The notes beneath the pieces were generated by a model. It was not told the DNA's origin. It was given only the letters and a program-made list of their open reading frames with translations, and made no database searches. From IMG/VR virus record IMGVR_UViG_3300042359_000853, positions 62,001 through 126,000 of that record: a stretch of DNA of 64,000 bases; one strand, written 5' to 3'. A program made the translations under genes and the position numbers. Positions 57,831 to 64,000 of this stretch are shown here, in pieces. Every line of letters starts with the position of its first letter. Position 1 is the stretch's first letter.

Positions 57831-60659
57831 TTACGGAAATGTTGGGAAATTAGGGGGTATTGAATTTTTATTGGATCCTGGTAGATTTATACCTGGAAAT
57901 TTAATCCAACCATCATTGACAGATTCCGATAATGTTTGACCTGTAAAATCAGCGATGTTCGTAGCTTGGTAAAAAGTTGCCGTAGAAGAGGTCATAAAAT
58001 CTAGTCTTGCAGAACTTATAGCAGCAAATGTAAAATTCAGAATTTCAGCTGAACCAAAATTAGCACCGGATGTATTTTGCCAGGCAAATCTTGAAAAACT
58101 ACCACTGACTGCTAATCGACCATCTGTTATTAGAGAATTTTGTGTAACTGATGCTGTGTAAAAAACAAGTTTGTCGTGATTAAAAACTATAGAAAATGAA
58201 CCGACACCATAGAAACCAGTCGCTACAACCCGAACAGAAAAAGATCCAGTGCTCTGTGTTGAACGATTCATAGTAATTTGTGGTAAACTAAGACCCAAAA
58301 TAGTTGCTGGATCTCTATTTGTTTCACAAGGTCTATAATTTACTATATCACCAGATGTTAATGTAACTTTATAGGTTTTGCAGTTACAACAAGGGGGTGC
58401 TGTTGGTGTGAAGTTGTTGTTTGATGGAACTGCTGTTTTATCACTACAAGTTGCTGTTGAAAAAGTAATACTCAGTGAATCAATCAACGGATCTGGCATT
58501 GAGACTGGTGTGTTAAACCCTCTTGACTGATATGGTTGGTATCGGTTGTCTGAAACAATACAACTACAACTTCCTATATTAGAAAAAGTAAAAATACCAA
58601 GACCTATCGAACCAATTGTTGGATCATCAGGGAATACTGTTGATCCATAGTAATCTCTTGATATACAGATTTCAGCTGAGGCAGTCCCACATAATACTGG
58701 AGTTGAAATAGAGAAAGCAGGATCACCTGAGTGGTAAGATATAGTCGCTACACAAGGTGAAGTTATCGGACCCGAAGCTTCTATAAACTCCAATTTTGAA
58801 TTCAAACAATTTACATATTTAAAAGTAGTAGCAGTATTACTAATTAGGGAAAATGTTCTACATGTTCTGACCTGTATGTTCAAGACCGATGAGTGATAAG
58901 ACGGTGGTTGATATCCGGCTTGGTTGAATACCGGATCACAACAATGAACATAATTTAGTGGGGTAAAAGTTCCGACTGCACCAAGTGGTCTAGCCCTTAC
59001 ACTTCTACATCTCTCACACGCACAAATACTGGATGTATTCCCTACGTAAAGATAATCGTATTTGATACTATTTCCTAAGCTATCACATCCTTCATAGGCA
59101 ATATTTGTAAAATTTGGACCAGACGCACCAATAACAGTCGGTCTACAATTTGGGCAAGGTGCTATAGTTGTTGTTGAAGTAGGACAAATAGTATAATTAT
59201 AACACGAACAAGTTCCACCACTACATCCCGATCTAATGTAGTGATTTACACCCCCTAACTGAGTTTCGTCAGTAGTTAATGGGGAATTTTGCCAAGAACT
59301 AAGACCATTATCCCAATAAGATATTGTAGGGCTCGTAAAGCTTGGATCACCGATCGGTTTATCAGTAACACCACAACCACAAATAGAATAGATATGTGTT
59401 TTACGACCAAATGGCACTGCGCCACTTTGTGGTATAGGTGCCCACCATGGTGATGGCACTGGTAATCCAGAAAATGTTATACCAGCAGTTACTGGCCACA
59501 TCGTTTTGGTGAGGTAATAACCTGGAGCTTGCCACCCACCATCTGGTTCATAACAAGATACATACTCCACCATAACGGGTCTTTTATCATTTGACTTAAT
59601 CTCTTCACCTAATTCAATTGCAAAACTACGACATACAGAACAATCTGAAGTTCTCTGATAACAGGTATTACCTGGTGTTGGAATTTGACCTGGTGTAGTT
59701 TGAACACCATTTATACTCGGATTTCCGGATATAACCTCTACACTATTTGAGCAAGCACAAAAAGCAATTGCTTCACTATCATAGAAATAGTAAAATCCAA
59801 AGTTCGGAAACCCACCGTTTTGAATACTTTGTGTGCAGTCTGTCCATCTTAATGAGTCTCCTGAATTGCCCTCAACTTCGTATGCGTTGCAAGTAAATTG
59901 ACCACAATTACAATTATTTATAGTTGGTGGTCCTTGTGGAAAACTTGTTGTAGTGGATGTTGTTGTTGTTGTACAGGGATTTATGCCTGAGATAGACTGT
60001 GCACAGGTATTACAATCTATTTGAAATCCTGATGTGAATGTGGGGTATCTTGGAGCTTGGTAAGGAACTGTATTTATAAGTCTGTAACAGTGATTATCGG
60101 CACCACGATAGACTCTTCCAGGAAAAGGATTATATTGTGCAATATTTATATTTGAAATAGTTGAGGTGAACGGTCTCTCTATACATCCACACAGACGTAA
60201 AGCTCGCCAACTTTGAGTAAATGGTGCTAATGTAGTTGTGGTTGATGTTGATGTAGTAGTTCTGAAAGGTTCTCCACAATCACAAGGACTACCTGGTTGG
60301 CTGAAAGTTCCAAAATTAGTCCAACTACCATTTTCGAGTCTAGGAGCTGTAGCACTACAAATAAAAGCTACTTCCCCTGGTTGATATTGAAGACTATGAG
60401 TAAATGAACTAGGTTGGCCACCAGGAACCGGCCTATAGACCAAACACTGCTCAATAGCCACTCGTGTATTTACAGAATTTGCAACAAATGTATATAAACT
60501 ACAACTAGCCGCATTTACACTACTTCTATAGGGTGGATTATTTGTTTGAACATTAAATGTTGGTGGTCCAACACAAGAAGCGCAGATTGGCGTTTCACAA
60601 GCTGCAAAATAAAAGTCACCAGTTCTAGTGGCTATAAAAGAATAAGTTATACTAATCAT
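57831..60659 (-). CDS. Cys-rich repeat protein with poly-Thr linkers and a C-terminal cohesin-like domain
   Basis: About 7 C-x2-[YF]...[YW]-x2-C...C modules; FSVRV...F.GVGSFSIVF.HDKL.F....FAW.....ILNFTF. Confidence 0.65.
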   Translation of the reverse strand: MISITYSFIATRTGDFYFAACETPICASCVGPPTFNVQTNNPPYRSSVNAASCSLYTFVANSVNTRVAIEQCLVYRPVPGGQPSSFTHSLQYQPGEVAFICSATAPRLENGSWTNFGTFSQPGSPCDCGEPFRTTTSTSTTTTLAPFTQSWRALRLCGCIERPFTSTISNINIAQYNPFPGRVYRGADNHCYRLINTVPYQAPRYPTFTSGFQIDCNTCAQSISGINPCTTTTTSTTTSFPQGPPTINNCNCGQFTCNAYEVEGNSGDSLRWTDCTQSIQNGGFPNFGFYYFYDSEAIAFCACSNSVEVISGNPSINGVQTTPGQIPTPGNTCYQRTSDCSVCRSFAIELGEEIKSNDKRPVMVEYVSCYEPDGGWQAPGYYLTKTMWPVTAGITFSGLPVPSPWWAPIPQSGAVPFGRKTHIYSICGCGVTDKPIGDPSFTSPTISYWDNGLSSWQNSPLTTDETQLGGVNHYIRSGCSGGTCSCYNYTICPTSTTTIAPCPNCRPTVIGASGPNFTNIAYEGCDSLGNSIKYDYLYVGNTSSICACERCRSVRARPLGAVGTFTPLNYVHCCDPVFNQAGYQPPSYHSSVLNIQVRTCRTFSLISNTATTFKYVNCLNSKLEFIEASGPITSPCVATISYHSGDPAFSISTPVLCGTASAEICISRDYYGSTVFPDDPTIGSIGLGIFTFSNIGSCSCIVSDNRYQPYQSRGFNTPVSMPDPLIDSLSITFSTATCSDKTAVPSNNNFTPTAPPCCNCKTYKVTLTSGDIVNYRPCETNRDPATILGLSLPQITMNRSTQSTGSFSVRVVATGFYGVGSFSIVFNHDKLVFYTASVTQNSLITDGRLAVSGSFSRFAWQNTSGANFGSAEILNFTFAAISSARLDFMTSSTATFYQATNIADFTGQTLSESVNDGWIKFPGINLPGSNKNSIPPNFPTFP

Positions 60660-60717
60660 AAGTCTGAATCTACTTTTTATATATAGAGAAAATCTAGCCC
60701 ATCGATAAAAAAAAACA

Positions 60718-61818
60718 ATGATAATAAATTTACGGTCGAACTCGGATCTTTCTGGTTTTTATATAGTTTTTAGAGGTTCTACTAATCTCGAAACAAGTGG
60801 TAATTTTGGAATTTCACATCTTCTAGAACATCTTATATGTAGAAACTTAAAAAAAATACAGGATCAATTTTTCAGAGAAGGTATTACATGGAATGCTTAC
60901 ACATCACTCAATGAAGTAGTATTTTATTTCAGAGGATTAGAGAAAAACTTGTCTAAATTTAGAGAAAAAATTATTGACATAATACTTGACTTGAATATTG
61001 AGAGGGATTCATTCAAAAGAGAAAAAGATATTATTTTAGAAGAGTATTCACAATATTTTTCTAGACCTTCAAGTAATCACTTTTATAATTTTTCTACTAA
61101 ATATTTGAATTCGTATGGGCCGATGGGCCTCAAAGAAGATATTGAGAACATCTCCCAGATAGAAGTTCTGAAATTTTATGAAAAATACTTTCTTGAACCA
61201 TCGTTGGTGATCAACGTATCTAGAAATCTTTTCTTTAATTCAGATATTAAATTTTCCAGTAATGATATTTCAAAAAAATGGATATTAAAAGAAAATAAAA
61301 ATGCTAGTTCTCTACCATCTTCAGTTCCTAAAGACCAAGAGTCTGTAATATTTTATTCTAAACTTTTTGATGAAGACTTTGCTTGGATTAATTTCATCAA
61401 TCTTTTACTTTCAGCTGATCACGGTTCTATTCTACTTGATAGATTGAGATTTTCAAGTGGCCTAGTTTATGATATTGAAGCTAATCAAACACTTTTCGGA
61501 AATCAATCTCTTGTTACAATTTCTACAAGTGTCTCGCAAAAAAACTCAAAAATAGCAATCGATTTGGTTTGGGAATGTCTTGAAGATTTTAACAAAAAAT
61601 TAGATATAGATTCTGTTGAAGACCTTAAAAAGCATTTAATTCAGATATCAAAAATGAAAAAAATAGACCGATATAAAAACATCAATCGGTGGATATTCCC
61701 CAAAAACTGGGATGTTGAATCCATACTAAAAGATATTGATATATCGGTCTTAGAAGAAAAGATAAAGAAGTATTACAACCCAAAGAACTTTGAGGTTTCA
61801 ATACAATCATCCAAATAA
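60718..61818 (+). CDS. M16 (insulinase-like) zinc peptidase
   Basis: GISHLLEH inverted zinc motif, NAYTS, EKDIILEE, LR...GLVYDI. Confidence 0.88.
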   Translation: MIINLRSNSDLSGFYIVFRGSTNLETSGNFGISHLLEHLICRNLKKIQDQFFREGITWNAYTSLNEVVFYFRGLEKNLSKFREKIIDIILDLNIERDSFKREKDIILEEYSQYFSRPSSNHFYNFSTKYLNSYGPMGLKEDIENISQIEVLKFYEKYFLEPSLVINVSRNLFFNSDIKFSSNDISKKWILKENKNASSLPSSVPKDQESVIFYSKLFDEDFAWINFINLLLSADHGSILLDRLRFSSGLVYDIEANQTLFGNQSLVTISTSVSQKNSKIAIDLVWECLEDFNKKLDIDSVEDLKKHLIQISKMKKIDRYKNINRWIFPKNWDVESILKDIDISVLEEKIKKYYNPKNFEVSIQSSK

Positions 61819-63030
61819 CTCATCAGCGTCTGAGATATCACGAAACTCATCCATAGATTCTTCAAGCTGTGCAAACTGCTCTTCAAACTCCTGCATTTCA
61901 TCAAATGACTTATATTTGAAGTATCCATTGACTATCGGTGCCATTCTTTGTAGAACTTCATCAGTGAAAACATTGGGTGAAAAAAGCTGCTTGGTAGTAA
62001 CTGATTTATCTAAGTGACGAACAAACCATCGGTGACCACCAGGTTTAAAAGTGATCTCACCAGTCGATTTATCTACTTCTTCTTTTCCTTGCGCAATACC
62101 AATCTCTTGATAAAACTCTGGTCTACAGAAGGCATCTAGTCCTGTATAGGGATTCATACCGTGAATAAATGAGATCTCAAACTTGATTTTCTTAGGTTTA
62201 GCTAGTCTGTTTTTAGCAGTTTTGAATGTTACAACTATACCAGATGCACCTAGGTCCATCTCGTCTTCTTCTTGAGTTTTCAGCTTTGCTTTACTCATCA
62301 TGCCGATAACAGAACTTGAATAAACGAGTGCCTTTCCACCTTTCAAGATTTCTTGTGGATACATAGAACCCTGCTCTAAATAGACGTGATTGCACACAAC
62401 CATCGGGATACCCAAGTATCCTAGATCAATATTGATGGATCTGAACATTGCAGCAAGTGCTTTAGCCCTGGTCATATCAACTTTGATGTTTCCAGAAATA
62501 AGGTCTTCTTTTTCTTTGTTTGAGCTCATTTGCCCAACTGAATCGAGAACTATTAAGAAAGGCTCGATTTCACCACGCTTCATCTTTTCTTCTTTAAGAG
62601 AATCAAGTAGCTGTGTGAGTAAGATGTTAATCTCTTCAACTTTATTACCGTTGATAAGTTTGAACTTCTCTGGTGAGTTATCGACACCATATTTTGGTAG
62701 ATCGGCAAGTTCAATAGAATATTCAGTATCGATGTAGATAACACCCATACCTGATTTTTGTGCGTGACGAGCAATCGACAGTGCGATAAAAGATTTGCCG
62801 GTTCCAGAATCACCAGCTACGGTGAAAATCTTTCCGTGCTGAATACCACCACCAAGCATATCTGCTGATAGAGCGGCGTTTAGTAAATAGACACCGGTTG
62901 AGATAAACTTTTTTTCACGAATTTCACTCTGAATAATAACAGGAACGCTTTTTGTAATGTTTGATAAAATATCACCGATCTTGGTGAATGAAAATGAATT
63001 TTTTTCTTCTTTTTTTGTAGTTTTAGCCAT
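61807..63030 (-). CDS. uvsX: UvsX/RecA-like recombinase
   Basis: ISTG..LLN.ALS, GDSGTGKS, YIDTE, VLDSVG, DMTRAK, NHVY, GGK...YSSS, KNRL. Confidence 0.9.
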   Translation of the reverse strand: MAKTTKKEEKNSFSFTKIGDILSNITKSVPVIIQSEIREKKFISTGVYLLNAALSADMLGGGIQHGKIFTVAGDSGTGKSFIALSIARHAQKSGMGVIYIDTEYSIELADLPKYGVDNSPEKFKLINGNKVEEINILLTQLLDSLKEEKMKRGEIEPFLIVLDSVGQMSSNKEKEDLISGNIKVDMTRAKALAAMFRSINIDLGYLGIPMVVCNHVYLEQGSMYPQEILKGGKALVYSSSVIGMMSKAKLKTQEEDEMDLGASGIVVTFKTAKNRLAKPKKIKFEISFIHGMNPYTGLDAFCRPEFYQEIGIAQGKEEVDKSTGEITFKPGGHRWFVRHLDKSVTTKQLFSPNVFTDEVLQRMAPIVNGYFKYKSFDEMQEFEEQFAQLEESMDEFRDISDADELFG

Positions 63031-63034
63031 GAAA

Positions 63035-63063
63035 CTTTTTTTTGATATTATATCAAAAAAAAG
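63035..63063. promoter_or_regulatory. perfect 14-bp inverted repeat immediately upstream of uvsX
   Basis: CTTTTTTTTGATAT-T-ATATCAAAAAAAAG. Confidence 0.6.
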
Positions 63064-63072
63064 GCTAAAAGA

Positions 63073-63486
63073 TTAAAATGTAAAGTGCCAATGAAAGTGA
63101 TTCATTACAATCAAAAACTGAGTAGTTGTAACAAATCCAGATCTTAGAAGATCAACAATAAGATTGTAAATACCACCTCTTTTAGTAGATCTCTCTAAGA
63201 AGGTTAGTAGTGCTAGACCAACTAAAGTTGATAAAAAGAACACCCATTGACTAGAGAGAAGACCAACGGTCAAGAAAATAAAATTAAGTGTATTTATTAG
63301 AGTCCAAAAACCAAGTAGATAAAAATCTTGAGGCTCTCTAAAACTTGAAATCTCTGGAAGTTTTTTAGTGACCGTAAAAAATCCTCTGAACCAATCTTTT
63401 ATTTTATAAATTTTTACAAAATGAAAGAGCAGAAAAAAATTAGCCTGTGATAAGAAAAATAGGATAAGATAGAATATACTGGTCAT
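63073..63486 (-). CDS. membrane protein with about four hydrophobic segments
   Basis: Hydrophobic stretches throughout the 137 aa. Confidence 0.65.
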   Translation of the reverse strand: MTSIFYLILFFLSQANFFLLFHFVKIYKIKDWFRGFFTVTKKLPEISSFREPQDFYLLGFWTLINTLNFIFLTVGLLSSQWVFFLSTLVGLALLTFLERSTKRGGIYNLIVDLLRSGFVTTTQFLIVMNHFHWHFTF

Positions 63487-63584
63487 AAAATTTTTAGATT
63501 ATATCTAAAAGTGTTTTTTTGTTCTAAAAATCTATATCTGCCGAGGAGAATAATTTTAATATATAACCTTGATTTTCTAAAAAT

Positions 63585-64000
63585 ATGGCCCATACACCAC
63601 TCTACAAAAGACTTAAAAATCGGGGAACATCATTTTATGCTTTCCCTGGCGCTGCTGAAGATATTTCAGCTTCTTATCAGAATGAAAATTTTAGAATGTA
63701 TTTTTCTAATTATGTTCTATTAAATTTTCCTAAACAAAATCTCTCAGCTGATGGTGCTACTAACAGTATTTATTTCGATTTTGGAACTTTTTCAAAATCA
63801 GAACTTTCTTCACCAGCTGATGATTATAGTGATGGGCTTATAGAATCGTTACGAAACTACGTAGCTAATTTTGAGGTTGTTATGAAGTCTTCGAAGCTTA
63901 ATAATACTGAATTTTATTACGATCATAATGATACAACAACACCCACTGAGAAAATATTCTGGAAATGGTGTAAGAAACTCAATCTATTCGATCTTGAGAT
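63585..64000 (+). CDS. partial large phage protein, probably structural; runs off the window and is absent from the ORF track
   Basis: Own translation MAHTPLYKRLKNRGTSFYAFPGAAEDISASYQNENFRMYFSNYVLLNFPKQ..., open to the edge; AATATATA at 63558-63565. Confidence 0.75.
   Translation, partial: MAHTPLYKRLKNRGTSFYAFPGAAEDISASYQNENFRMYFSNYVLLNFPKQNLSADGATNSIYFDFGTFSKSELSSPADDYSDGLIESLRNYVANFEVVMKSSKLNNTEFYYDHNDTTTPTEKIFWKWCKKLNLFDLE

Noticed and set aside
63511-63723. 70-aa plus-strand ORF in the track
   Set aside because: Overlaps, out of frame, the long open ORF starting at 63585, which has the promoter motif
1-64000. Bacterial chromosome or eukaryotic giant virus origin
   Set aside because: UvsX, gp46-like and gp14-like genes plus truncated host-like genes indicate a phage; bS21, SmpB and a sigma factor indicate a bacterial host
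1-64000. Diversity-generating retroelement, introns, inteins, tRNAs or transposases
   Set aside because: No reverse transcriptase, TR/VR pair, homing endonuclease, intein motif or cloverleaf recognised; intergenic gaps are short. A covariance search was not possible

Overview
AT-rich, gene-dense segment of a large T4-related (jumbo) dsDNA phage, very probably infecting Bacteroidota. Host evidence: TAnnTTTG host-type promoters, no Shine-Dalgarno sites, and a Bacteroidota-type bS21. The window has four parts. (1) At 1-10.5 kb, a minus-strand glycan cluster with about ten glycosyltransferase-like genes, an FkbM methyltransferase, a class II aldolase, a PRK/UK-like kinase fusion and a HAD phosphatase. 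(2) Host-like translation and proteostasis genes: ClpC lacking its N-domain, thioredoxin, SmpB, bS21, DnaJ, and M16 and M28 peptidases. (3) Core phage genes: UvsX/RecA, gp46-like SMC ATPase, RuvC-like resolvase, PhoH, a sigma factor and a gp14-like neck protein. (4) Several very large predicted virion proteins with mucin-like Thr/Pro tracts, Cys-rich modules, Trp-Gly pentapeptide repeats and LamG, C1q, cohesin, BspA or trypsin-like domains. Best leads: a possible phage-encoded glycosylated mucin-like virion coat; a small protein carrying a split copy of the gp23 Gol peptide; an ATATATA late-promoter-like motif with bimodal spacing to start codons (leaderless versus short-leader mRNAs); a structural gene that appears split over about 29 kb; and an in-frame TAA inside a tandem repeat. 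All family assignments come from motifs recognised by eye; no searches were run.
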